Positions 12,427-25,742 of a DNA stretch of 64,000 nt are shown here, in pieces. This stretch comes from Catajapyx aquilonaris. Lineage: Eukaryota. Positions within the stretch are counted from its first letter, which is position 1. The number at the start of each line of letters is the position of its first letter. The stretch spans positions 62,001 to 126,000 of the forward strand of contig KZ538045.1 of NCBI GenBank assembly GCA_000934665.2, written 5' to 3'. A program made the position numbers and the translations under genes. The notes below the pieces were generated by a model. The model was given only the letters and a program-made list of their open reading frames with translations, searched no databases and had not been told where the DNA came from.

Positions 12427-15117
12427 GGGGGGGGGGACCTATGTGTACCTTTTTTTGGGGGGGTTCTGTACCACCCAGCATTTTTATGCATCTGCGAGGT
12501 TTTTAATATTATTGTAGTTGTAAAGCTGGGTAGAGGCAGGGCGGTGGCGGGTTCTGGCACACATAAATCCACAGGTGCCCATGGAAATTCATCTCTCGTC
12601 CGTGCGCGCTTGCCGAGAATCTCTTATGCGATAAGAAGATTCTCTCCATTTTCTGGGAAGGCAAAAGTTCTTTAGAATTTGTTACGGCAGTGGCGCGTCG
12701 GTGGGCTGACTTGCCAATCGAAATTCCGGCCTTCTGAGTGGGTTCCGGGAACTCCGTTGCACTATTGCGAAAAGCTGGTTGGCGAGTGGCCAGAAGGGGA
12801 GCGAACTGGGAATGAGAAGGATAAGAAGATAGAGAAGCACCCCCCCCCCCCCCGCCCCTCTTCTCTCACAATCTTTCAGGATCATTTGCTAGTCATGAAT
12901 GCTGCAAGTGAAAATTTGTCGCTTCGAATTATACCCCTGCACTTACAGGATTCGACCTAGGTTTGCCCCTCACGTGCCAAGCATTTCTGGGACCCTTATA
13001 TTTATACAGGGATTCTGGCTCGGAGGCGTCATTTTGGAGTGCGGCGGGAATTTTGGTGGCGCCCCTCTTGTGGATGATGGTTATCTCACCCTCCAATCGT
13101 GGTAGCCATTGGGATATTCTTATAATGCATACGGGACGTTACCAAAATGTAATGGCCGCCATCTCAGCCAGAAATGATGGTAGTACTAGAACACGTCAAT
13201 TTTGTTGGAGGTGCTGACCACTCTGTGTGTACAAATAGGAATAACACGGCTTCAGAGCGACACCAAAATATTGCGCCACGTGCTGCTGGGGCGGGTGCCA
13301 ATATTATCCGAAAGTGAGGACTGGGAGCAAAGCCGCCAGAAAGAGTGGAGGCTGGGGGGAGGGGGGGTGGTGGTAGGGGGAAGATTTTCTCCTGGAAAGC
13401 GACACGAAAAAAGAAAGCCCTGGCATAACCTTGGAGGAAGCCCAGATTCTGGCGGCGCTTGCCTTAAAAGTCGGGTTGGGTATGAATCGAGCGTCGGGCG
13501 CCATTCGCAATGCCACTATTATTAGCAGGCGTCCTGCTCGTTTAATTTCCTGCGCCTCCTGGCACCTTTACCCAAAGGTGCTGAGAAGAGGAGAAGAGTC
13601 ACAGAGGAGAAAAGGCACCACTTGCCAGCAGCCATCTGGTAAACAAACGGGCCCCGCCTGCTTTACCCGTATTTTTAAAGGCCCTATCCCTGGATGGCTG
13701 CTGCCATGAATAGTCTCACCCACGTAAATGCTGCCGAGCTGGGGCTAAGTTTATTTTCCTTGCTCACTTTTAGCCTGCTGTGAAGAGCGACCAACACCCG
13801 GTCCATTCCACTGGCGTGTGCACGCGCCTACCGAGGCAACCGGCCTTCTCAGTCTCGGCGCCAACCCGGGGAACACTTGTCACACCGTACACTTCTCCTA
13901 ATGCTTCATGTCAAATTCAATCACTCGCTACCGGCGGGGACAAAATGCCAAACGGATGGGCATTCAAATCGAATCATAAGGAGGAAATTGGCAGTATGTA
14001 TATTGAATTGACGGAAGGATGTGTGGGAAGGATGTTGACCTCGGGGTGACCTCCCACTTGCTGATGATGAATGCATGTAATGAAAGGAGAGTCGTATTTG
14101 GATGCGGAGAGGCATTCTGCTTTCCTCTCATTTGGAGGCCTTGGGTGCAGCAGCAGATTCATTCCATTGCATAATAGTATGCGGTCATTTCGGGGTTGGA
14201 CCTGGCGCTGTGACTTAATTTGGGGCTAGGACAGTGACCTTTCCCCATTTTGGAATTGCATGACAGTGGCGGAAATAGTGAGGGATTATCCGGGATTTTG
14301 ATACGGTGCCCAAGGATGCGTAGTGAGTAATCGGGTGCTGGAGCGTGCTGCTGTGTATATTCACCGGTAGCCATGACTACTTTTTGTTTGCTGCCGCCTT
14401 GCCAAGGCAACGGAAGGTTTTCTCCGCAGTTTCTCAGGAAATTAGCGATACCTGTAAAGTGATCCTGGGAAGGAGTGGTGCAGGGTCATTTCGTTTCCAC
14501 AAGTTAGAAACGGCGAATTTGTCGAATTTTGTCGAGCTTCCAACTTTTAACGAATTCGCATCAGGTTTCCAGTATAGCATGGCAAGATTTCAAACTAATG
14601 AATCTACTGCGTGGACAAAAGTTTTACGACGCTGTTGTAAGCTTCTCCACAGTGCTACTCAAAATGTTAAGCATTCTTCCCAAAATAAGAACCGGATACA
14701 TGTCTGTTGACAACAAAGTATTTCAGCCTGCGGGCGTTTGCGTGACGTGAACCGCCGGGTTAGCCCATGTCGGTAAACCTGTCGCGTTCTTGCCAGAAAT
14801 AATTTGTCTCCCCAGCACTTCCCATCTCGAATAACGCGCTTATCCAACTATTGAATGCACCTTAATTAAACGACGCGGATCAAGTTGGGTGCTGGAGGTG
14901 GATGGGTGGGGAATAAGATCCTCCGAGCTTCTGGCTTGTTTGGACAGGGACCTACGAAGTTTACAACTCCGCAACAAAACTGCTGTGTCAAGGAGAAGGA
15001 TCTCGCCTCTTGGCAACCAAGAGATGGAACTACTTGGAGAACTTGGCAAGACGCGGTGCCAAGTCGCAGGTGGAAGCGGCATGCAGCATTGGCTCCACCC
15101 ATAACTATGAACAAAAG

Positions 15118-15118
<1 letters not shown>

Positions 15119-15161
<43 letters not shown>
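15119..15161. repeat. (AC)n microsatellite
   Basis: Directly visible. Confidence 0.95.
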
Positions 15162-15164
<3 letters not shown>

Positions 15165-18100
15165 CCCCTCAAAAAAACTTGGGAATCCACATGTGTGCCC
15201 CTAAACGCACGCGAGGTTATAGCGTCATTGTGTAGGAACTTGGCGTTTACACGTCCACTAATGTGGCATGTGGCCTGCAGGAGTGATGTTGTTGTCACCT
15301 ACACTCACACTTTCCAATAGCATAGGTAGAACTAGCTGCTACGGCTTTTGTCCTTTGTAATACAGGCACTGATAGGTAGGGCCGACGTGTTGGGATTCGC
15401 AAGTTTCACATAGGAAATTAGTTTGGAGGCTGTCGCATCCCAGTGGGGACATCCCCGCAATGGTAGTGGTTGGTGAGATGGATAGCTTTCTCCGCACACG
15501 CACCTCGCTTCCCCCCTTTCTCCCCCCTAAACTTGGCATGCGATTGCTGTGCGGATTCTTCCAGCTAAAATTCTCCGCGGACCGTTCACTTTGGAGCCTC
15601 CTTGAAGGGGAAACCGGCTGTGTGCGAGTTGTTTCATCCCTACTGATGTCGGATTCCAGCTTTTCAATCTCTTCAGCAGTCCACACGCGCCGGCATTTTT
15701 TTTCCTTGTATTATTGTGGACGCCTGCTCTCACTTTTTCATTCCAAAACGTGCTCGGCTGAAAGCACCCACCTACATTTGTTCCCGTAGGAGTTTATTTC
15801 ATTACCTCATCCACGTGATATCCTTGACATTATTTGGCTCTTTTTTTAAACTGGAGAAAATTGAGCTGCATAAAAAGTTTCAATGTCATTTTTATTTATT
15901 GCTGGAAAAGCTGCGCACATTCAAAATATGTCGACATAGGTCTGACTCTCGAGAAGGAAGGTTACTTGAAACTTATACCATTATTCATGCACTGGTGCTG
16001 ATTACTCGCTGCTCTTATAGAGTGTAAGCATGCCCCATGATATCACAATGCTTCAAGTAGAACAATTTTATTGTTATTCAGGATGAATTGAACAAATGTA
16101 TGGATAGAATGCCAATAAGCTACGTTACGTGCACATACATGCGAGTTTACGCTGGATCAATACCAGCCATTCATTGAGTACGATTTTATTGAAACCTCCC
16201 TGTGGATCAGGACTTCATGAATTAGTTGTACGACTAGCTGTAGGGAATTTGGAAAACGGAGACACTATAGGGTTGGAAGAAGACATAAAGGCTGCAGTGG
16301 TGAGTGCAACTATCCCCGGATCGGCAATCAATTATCCGCGATAATTCGGCAGCGGAATGAACGGTCTTTGGAGCAGCTTGGAAATGATCCGGTGGGCAGA
16401 GTGCGAATTGGTTTTGGCCAGAGGCTCGTGTGTGGAGGGCCCCCCGGGTGTTGGATCAACCAATCCGATAGAGATTGGGCGTTAATCCTGGAAACAGACT
16501 GGCATGACCACCGGGAGAGGCTGCAAAGCCCGCTCTGAAACGGTGTAATGCCCCCTCCCCACCCCCTTGCTCAGGTGGGGGGATCCAGTTGTGTCGGGTC
16601 ATTAATTTTGCCGGCCGTCTTCATCAGAGGCAAACGAGCGATTTAATCCCTTTTCCTCCTGCTCTTTCCACGGCCGCATTTGCAGCCTTCATTTAGTAAA
16701 CACGAGAGGAAGTATCCCCATCTGCACCCCCCACCCTACCCTTAGGGTCCGGCTTTTCAGGTAGCCATGTCACGATTCCTAGCTGCCAGCAGCTTCAGAC
16801 GTGACTCTACCGGCAGATCAGGGGACCATAGGACCAGCTTTGGTTCTCAGATATGCGACGTACTCCATATATGGCTTCCCTTTCTTGGGTCATAGTTGAA
16901 TGATCCGGCAGTGGGCGTGGGACCACACAGATGCTGGAAACTCGATGCTGTTTTCATGGTTTCGTCTCTGCGGACGCCTTTATTCAGGACGGGTGTAAAC
17001 AGAATCGTTGCCTAGGAGAAGGCTTCCTTTTCTAAAGCCAAGAGCGAGGGCCTCGCAATCCGTCGCCATGGGAAGTTACCAAAATAAAGACTGACAAGCA
17101 TTTGAAAATAAACTTATTCCCTGCACGGCGGCGCCTGAGACGCGGGGGAAGTGCAGAACAAGCTCCGCAATAACTTACGACCAAGATCGCCTATATTTAG
17201 GGAGGAAGTAACTTTGGGGTAGGGATTCCGGAGGAATCAATTGAAATGGCCTGCTGTCTAGAGGGGGAGAAGCGGAGGAAAAATGGTGCTGGGGATTCCG
17301 GAATCTTTATTTGGGCTTGCTCTCTCTCCCCCCCTCCCCCTTCTCTCATCACGTCACACGACATCAATCAAAGGCTGAGCATATAATCTTCCAGACGTCA
17401 CCAAAGTGACAAAAGGTGAAGCACTAGGCAGCTGCTGCATCGCTATATTTATTTTCCTCTCCATGGGCAAGAAGGATTCTTTTTGCAGGAGGGCCTAATT
17501 TTAATGCACATGGGTCGTGAAAAGTGGGACTGCTTCCAAACACGTCCATAATTGAGAGTTTTTGGGCGTTACACTTGAGCGTAAAATTAGAGAGGAGAAA
17601 TACGTAAATAAACACATGTAATGAAGAGCAGACCAAGCAGTATATACGTTGCTGGCTGCTGCCTGACTTGGGCTCAGAAAATGTCCTGCTGCTGTTTGCT
17701 GCTCCCCCTCTTCTTACTTTGATGGTTTTTTTGGGACCACGTTCCTACACGGGCTCCCCTCCCTTCAAGATGGCCAAAACTATTACTGCTGCTCGGATAT
17801 GGCGTCTAATGGTCTTCAGACGCTGTTCCATGTTGGATCATCCACCTCTTATTGCATCCATGGGGGTCATTCCCTACCTCTGGATGAGGTCCAGCATCTC
17901 AGACAGTGGAACGGAGCACCAGACCCTACTTGACAGCTCTACAATCATCTTCCGCTATAGGTTCGTGTTGGGGGATGGAGTCAGGGAGGATAAGCTGACC
18001 TGTTGAACCAAGATTGTGCGTGCCAAGCCCATCAGCGCAGCGCCTGGAAACTCATGAATACTATTGATGAGAAGAATATTCACCTTCACAAGGTCCCGCC

Positions 18101-21100
18101 TGCTTTCAAGTATAGGTACTCACGACATTCCTGGGCTTCTGGCCAAACCTCAGCCTTCCTCCCCTCCCTTCCCAATGTACTCCTGGCCCGTGGCCTCTTT
18201 CCCATGCCCTCCTGCCCTCCAAGGTGGATTATTGCCAACTTGGGCTTTTCTTGGCCGCCACGTATTACTACTGTACTCTGCAACTCTTCCGGATGGACGG
18301 ATTGCCACTTCGATAAATGCAAAGTGCGGTCGAGACTTGCAAAGCTCCACGAGACTCATGTCGGCTAAAATGTTGTTTGCCTTCCGAGTCTGGGATCAAC
18401 AAGTTGCCTGACTTTAATCAAAATGGGTTAGGTGTTTGTTGACCCGCGCTGTACTTGTATATGCAACCAATATTTACTGTCATTGCAACGCGCGCACGTG
18501 TTTACTGAATTTTAACGTGGCAATTTGTATTCTATATACATATGAAAATTTTCAAAACTGATGCACGCGAGTGTAGAGGAAAATGCAGTGTGTTATGTCA
18601 GATTCTGGTGTGACGTTTGGAGCAGTCGCGCGGTCTGTCCGGTGCAGATTGGCTAACGAGGTGACGCAATAGTGTCCAGAGCAAGTATAGTGCAAGCGTC
18701 GGATGTGCCAGCGGGGAGCGTCCTTAGTGACGTTGAGAGCCCAATTACATAGAGCAGCAGCAGCAGCAGCAAGAGAGGCACGAAGCCAGGGCCAACTGGC
18801 CAGTTTCCAAGAAGCAGCATGAGCAGAGAAAGGCTCTGATTTCTGGCCGAAGAGAGCTGTGGGGAAATGGATCGCCTCCAAACTCTTCCCGCGGAGTAAA
18901 AGGGCGTGGAAACCAATGGGTTCCGGATCAGCCAACAAGCCAACTTTTCTTCTCCTTGCCGGAGCTGCCATGTTTATTTCTCCACCCTCCCTTCCTCCCT
19001 CCCTCTCCTCCATGCCTTCCTTCCTGGCCCACCAAAAATAAGACCCACGTTTGCCACCGTAAAAGGCACTGCTCCGGGTTATATCCGTGCCGTCGCCTTT
19101 TTCAGGGGAGGTTCCTTTTTGTGACCATGTGAGGTCAGTGTTGCGTACAAGTTTGTCTTGATGAGCGTGGGAGCGGAAGCAGCTTCCTGTCCTCCTTTTT
19201 TTTGCGCTGTGGTGATATGCCCTGGAGTGTGGTGGTTGTCGTCACGTGTGTGGAATTTTGAGCTCCAAAATAGCCCACGCATCCAGGAGGTTGGGAGCAG
19301 GGGACATTGACAGGGGAGAGCCAAGGACTTTTTGCGGCTGACGTTGAATTACGTCACGTTGACGTGTCGCGTGACTAAGATTCGTCTCAATTCGATTCGA
19401 CACTTTTGAATTATGGTCGTGTTTGGTGGGGGTCTGTGGAGCCCAAATAAATCTCTTGTTATCAGTGAGCCTTGAATGCGAGTACCGTTAGGCAGCAGCA
19501 TGTGACGCCTGGGAGGTTGCTAAATGGCACTCAAAGTACACGAAACGGAGGCATTTTCATTCCTCTGAATTGGTATTGGACATGAAGGAAGCAAGGTAGA
19601 TGGACTAGTCTGGCGTGTTTCTTGGGAAAGGAAGCCAAGGAACTAACTTTAGACTTTCAGCTAGTTGTTGATGCGTTCTTGTGCAGGTTTCACTTACTGC
19701 GGACTTTGAGGGGGGTTAGGTTTGCTGGTTTGTTGGAACAGTTGACGATGAGCAGACGGGCGCGTGCATATAAAATTAGACCCTCTTTCTGCCCACTTTC
19801 CCAACTTGCAGTTCAGCCATTAACCATGGAAGCTCATAAGGCCCCTCCGGCAATGACCAGCATGGAAACTAGACTGTGCAGATAGATTTGTTTGGTTGGG
19901 GTCGCAACTGAGAGCAAGTTGGGTGATCAATGGTAGGAAACTGATGGTTCAAGCAACATGGGGATGAGGAGGGATCAGGTGAGGGAATGGGCTTCGTTTA
20001 TTGCGCAGGCTTTCGGGTACGATCCTTCGGGAGGAGGAACACAATAATCCCTCCGCATCGTGAGTGCAGCTTTCGTCCCAGCATTTGTCTTGGTTATCCA
20101 ATTCCCCAAAGTGTCGTTGGGGTTGCCGTTCGGAATACACCGCCGTCGACGCACCAGCATCCCAAGTTTCTGAATAGGACCCACATCCACATAGTCTTGC
20201 CCTGCAAACATGGCTGCTGAGAGGTCTCTTCAGGTGCCATACTTTTGGTTTAGGCCAGATACGCACTTCATCGACATCCTCACTTGCTGGTTGTCACACT
20301 CAGGGCCTCCCACGCGGCTGTATAATTATGTACAGTACACCGAGCGAATCCCTCCAAACAGCATACGTTATATGTAACATTTCGGTTCCCTTGAATTGTG
20401 GGAACCATGTCATATGACTGTTCAATAGAATTACTCGGGATATAAGGTAAAGTTCAGTGCCAAGCGAAAGGGCACAAGGGCGGCACGAGCGAAGATTTTT
20501 CTACTGCGATCTGCTGACACAAGGATTTGTTCTCATAGAGTAGCATCAAAAGCTCCGAAATGTAGAGATGCAACCTTCGATATGTTTATGCTCGAGTTAA
20601 AATCTTGACAGGGCAAGAGATTTCAGGATTCATACGAGTCTGCCAAATAATCCGATCTTTGAAAGTCCTCAAAGTGGAGCTTTTCCGGAACTTTGGTTTA
20701 AGATCTAATTTGAAATGTGTATTTTTACAAACCAAAGTCCTCGAAGGGTAGGACAGGTTGTCATGGCAAACGCCTACGTATCTTGTGATAGACGCATGCA
20801 TACACAGCCTGAAGGTGAGGACACATTGGTCTGTATGCTATAGCTCTATTAATATACGGTATGCTCTACTTGAAATTTTTACACTATGAGATTTTACAAC
20901 GGATATGTAAAGCCCATGTGTAAAGTGGCTTAGATATATAGGGCTACGGCAGGTCTATAGTCAATGTGCTTGAGAAATAGTCGTGCGTGACCATATGTGT
21001 TCTCTGGCCACATGGGACAAGCGGAAATGAGTGACAAGGCTTAGCAATTTTTCATGTGGCCACTTTTGTATGAGGACAACTAAATATTGAAGCCGTGATA

Positions 21101-24100
21101 TTGACTATAGAAGAAAATAATGCTTAACTTTACATCCACAATATGACGAGTAAGAGTTAAATAATGCAAAGCGGAATATATCGGTTGAGATATATAGGCC
21201 TAACAAAGAAGAAAATACCCAGGGTGTCAGTACTTCCCGCACCTGACAATTATTGTACTGCACAAAATGTCCGTAATGTGTAGGATGTGTCTTCCTCACG
21301 ATTTTTCGCGCAGAATCACAATATTATTATTGTTGCGGATCTATTAAATGTGGCCTTTCTGTATAAAAAATATGAGTTGTTGTGCATCGTATTACAAGCA
21401 CATGGAAGCGGAGGCCTATACCAGAAATCAATTATTCTTCGAAAATTTTGCAGTTGTAGGAAATGAGTGCCAACTATTTACCACATACCTGTATTCAGAA
21501 AAATATTATAAGTCTGCCTATTATGCCGGAATGACTAAGCAGGACACTGCAGTATATCAGTTTACCAATCACTGATCGAAAATAAAATGGCAGAACAGAA
21601 TACGAAAAGAAATCGATCTCCCTGACATCCATTGCGTAAAACCATTGACCTGTACTTCCAGAAGAAAGCTCCCAATAATCCACCATATAGTAATGCACTT
21701 GAAGACGCAAGTAAATTAGGTCTGAAATTCCATTCCAACCTTGTGAGCAGTACGTGTACCAGTATTTTTGCCTGACATGATTGTATATTACCCAGATATT
21801 ACTGTATATGCCATTACAAGAGGCAGCATATGATTCGCAAAACATTGTGCCACTTTACAATATATTGCAGTGAAATGATGAAATTCAATTTGCATGTCTT
21901 CAGTAATAGCACTGTCACAAACCGTTAACGTCTCACTTATCCATCATGACACACAAGAGAACGAGCATGAGATATAGAGGACTGGAGGCTGTCAAGCGTG
22001 TGCGGTATTGTATATGACGGCCAATTATTATACTTGTATAGTCTACCTTGGTGGGCATTCGCCGGACTGGCAATAATGACTAACGAGCTTTATTGTTTTT
22101 CTGAAATTCAATAATCAAGTATTTCCACAACCGTGGAGCACTGGAGATCTCACTAATCTTGAAAGGTACCTTTGCGTAACCCACTTGTCAGCTCTGATTG
22201 GCAACCGGAGATTTTTTTTTCTGATGGGCGCGTTCCGGAAAGACATTGGATAAGCGAGTTACATGATGGAATCTAGCAGGATATTCACGAACGGAAGCAC
22301 CCAGAGAACAAGTGAACGTGCGGCGAATGTGTTACACAGCCAAGTCCCCATTTGATTTTTTGTGCCATGTAAAATAGCGAAACAGCGACGGCTCCAGGAA
22401 AGCTGTTTGTCTCATATTGATGCCCCAAAGAAGTAATTTCCGACGAAGAAGACGGTGCTGCTAGGGACTTAATTATGTGGGTTCCGGTAGTAAAAGTGTT
22501 CGCCCGGATCAGAAGGGTTTGGCAGGCGCAAAAAGTTTATGCGAAGGCCGAACTGGTTGCAAAAACATCAACCGCGCGTTTTGCTCGTAAAGCTGTCTTT
22601 GGGTATCATCAGCACGAATGGATGGATGCTACATTAAACCTGTCTCCCTGGGCGCCTAAAGATAGACTCCAGGATAGGCAGGATTGATTCTACGATTCTC
22701 TTCTTTAGCGCGTCCCCAGGATGGCATCGTAAAAGCCAACTCGGTTTGGGGAATGTACAACAACAACCCCCCCGCACATAAAATCCTGTCGCTAAAGCTG
22801 TCATGTTTGGGGACAGCCGGAAAACTTTTGGATGGGGCCACCAAGTTCCTGCTGCCGCAGCACGTCCATAGCAACGAAAGTACATCCACTGTAGGTATAG
22901 TATACGTATATTGAGGGCACAGCATTGCAATCATCATTACCGGAGCATTGGGCATGATTGACAAAGTTGGCGTGGACTTGGAGACTATACCCTGCATAAA
23001 TTTGCATCCATTGGATGTCAACATTATATAGCTGCTATATCCAGCTCTTATAATTCCTAGCTACGTGCCCAAATCGCCCCAGCGACATCAACCCTAATCC
23101 TTTCCCCAGGAAAAGAAACAACCAGGGAGAATATATACTACGCCAAGCCCTTCTTTGAGAAGCTCAGCAACACCGTCCTCATCCTCCGGATTTGAAGTCA
23201 GAATGAAATTTTAAGCGAGAATCATTATTCATATTAGCTTTTGACTGCCGTCCAAGTCGTGTTGCTAATCTCCTTGCGAGGAAACGTACACCCTGACTAG
23301 GATTTGGCTGCAGTTTCTAAGCGCCTTAGCTGGCTCTTCACGGAATGAAGGGATTGTCCTCTGCTCACTAACGTCACCGCACCAGTATCTTCGATTAATA
23401 TTCCGCGAAACCGCGAGGTGCTTCCGAAAGGCAGCGACCGGTACGGGACCTAGGATAACCACGACCAAGTGCCCACGTGACACGGCAATGATTGAGAGTA
23501 TCCACTGACCAGGCGGCAATTCAAGAGCCTTTACGGCAGGTGTTCTTATTATGCGGTTAATTGAGAAGGTGTCAGTAGGTTTTAATCACCTCACATTATG
23601 AGGAGGTAATAGAAACTCGAAAAAGTCATTTTTTTCGAGGTCACTTCTTTAAGATTGCATCACAAGCTCGTGAGAACCGAGGCCCGGTTTGTCTGATAAT
23701 GCGGATGGCAAGAAAATCTACTCTAGCGTTCACTTTCTGCATTTCTTGCAGTATAACTCAACTAGGTCAGTTATTCAATTATTCACAATGTGACCGACGC
23801 TATTATTGTACTTCGTACTACAGTATGTTATAATATAAGTTACCGTATGTTGGTACCCCATACAATCATACATTTAAAAAATTGTTACGTGGCTTTATTA
23901 TTGAAAGGCACTGAACAGAAAATTACTAACATACCGTATATATACACGAATGCAAGAGCATTCTACTTCACTGAAAGATGCATGAACAAGTGAAGACACA
24001 GCATGCCAACTGCATTATTGCATAATAATTTGGAATAATGCAAACATGTTAGTCTCATCCTGAACAAGTGTCTGCTACCAATGCAGCAGACAAAATTATG

Positions 24101-25696
24101 AGATATCGTTCTTTATAGACAAATGGTAAAGATACAAAACTTCATTGTCATTATCGTTATAATCATTACTTTGATCACCACTGCGCAGTCTCTAAAGCAA
24201 GACAGTCCAAAGAATCTTGAGTAAAGGTGAATATGACTTTACTACCACACTGACCCTTAGTAACAATGCTATACCACGATTCGTCTGACAAGCGAAGCTT
24301 ATAATTATTGTTAAATTATTGTTCACATTTAAAGCGTCTAGTAGTAATGAGTTTAAGTAGTAAGTGTTTAAATCTTAACTATAGTGTCTAGTTACTGAAA
24401 TGGTATAAGTAGACCTGGCTACAATACATTCAGAGCCCATATTTAACATTCCTCACTAACGTATGAGGAATATTTCCTTATTTCTTGGCGATGTGGTAAA
24501 ATGTACAGAAGTTATATTCGAGCACATATGAAATAGTCCTATATAATTTCACGAAGTATTATTCCACCAATTCAGCTTATGTGGACTGATAAGGAGATCC
24601 AGAGATGGATAAATCGATTTGAAGTATTTGAATCTCGTATCGTATCGTGACGTAGACACTTGGACATAGGTTAACCTCATGAATCAGGCCACGCCCCTTT
24701 TTCTGCCTTATGGTTCGCCGAAACCGCGAGATGTGCGCCTTGCTGTAACCGTCACGTCAGCCTGTGCGGCCAACATGTGACACCCACATTCTGCAGATCA
24801 AATATCTGGTACCCAGAATTCCATTGCGAGATGGAAACACAGGAGGAATGGTTCCGGGCACGCAATGGCCTGGGCCAGTCACCTTTCACACGACTGACTG
24901 GCACAATCGTCGCCTGCTGGTTATGCTTGCAAGACGATGCGAGTTCTACATTAGATGAAAGGGGTGGCAGCAGGAGGAGGAGGAGGTGGGGGGTACTGCT
25001 TCCAAGAAGGCAATTAATAAAGGGCAAGATATCTTTTGTGTCGGGTGGCAGAGAGAGATTCGGGGAGATTTTCTCCTTCGTCATTTTGGCCTATCGAGTT
25101 GGGCGCCCGCCCGACTGGGACCGCCAACAATCAGGAACGCGTCCAGGAAACTGGAGGAAAGAACCCCCCGCCATTTTTCTCCTCAAGTTCAGACCCACTT
25201 TGTCGTGTCAACTCTGTAACCCGGCATCTTGCCGCAGAAGGGCCCGGCCTTGATTTTTTGGCGCCGCACTGTAGGGATGCATTCTTTGCTTCCGGACAGA
25301 GACAAATGACGTGCTTCACAAAATTCGTCAGCTAGGGAGGTCAAAATTCTGTAACGACGTCACAACTTTGCGGTTCAACAAAAAGGTTTATATATGCTTT
25401 AAACCGGAATAATTTGGTAAACAGAGGGTCGGAGTGGGTGCAGCAGCGTGTGAGATCGGACCATCCCCTCCCACCCAAATTCTGTAAAAAAAAGAGAAAA
25501 AAAAAGAAAAAAGAAAAGAGGACTGGGTGGGTCCGATCTGGATGCACGTGTTGAAGTGGTTGGTAGGAAGGCCCTGCATGCAAAAAGGCGGCTTCATTAG
25601 GCGAAGCGAACGGACCAATCTGTCATCATGTGTGGGGCGCCGGAACGCGGCCTCAAATGCTCCGGAAAACGGCGGCACCCGGCCTCTCCCGGACTG

Positions 25697-25698
<2 letters not shown>

Positions 25699-25741
<43 letters not shown>
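25699..25741. repeat. (GA)n microsatellite
   Basis: Directly visible; lies between CCAAT and CRE motifs. Confidence 0.95.

Positions 25742-25742
<1 letters not shown>

Noticed and set aside
11999..12675. Several long ORFs spanning the N run
   Set aside because: Artefacts of the assembly gap.
21495..21845. 116-aa aromatic-rich minus-strand ORF
   Set aside because: No homology recognised and no convincing splice or promoter context.
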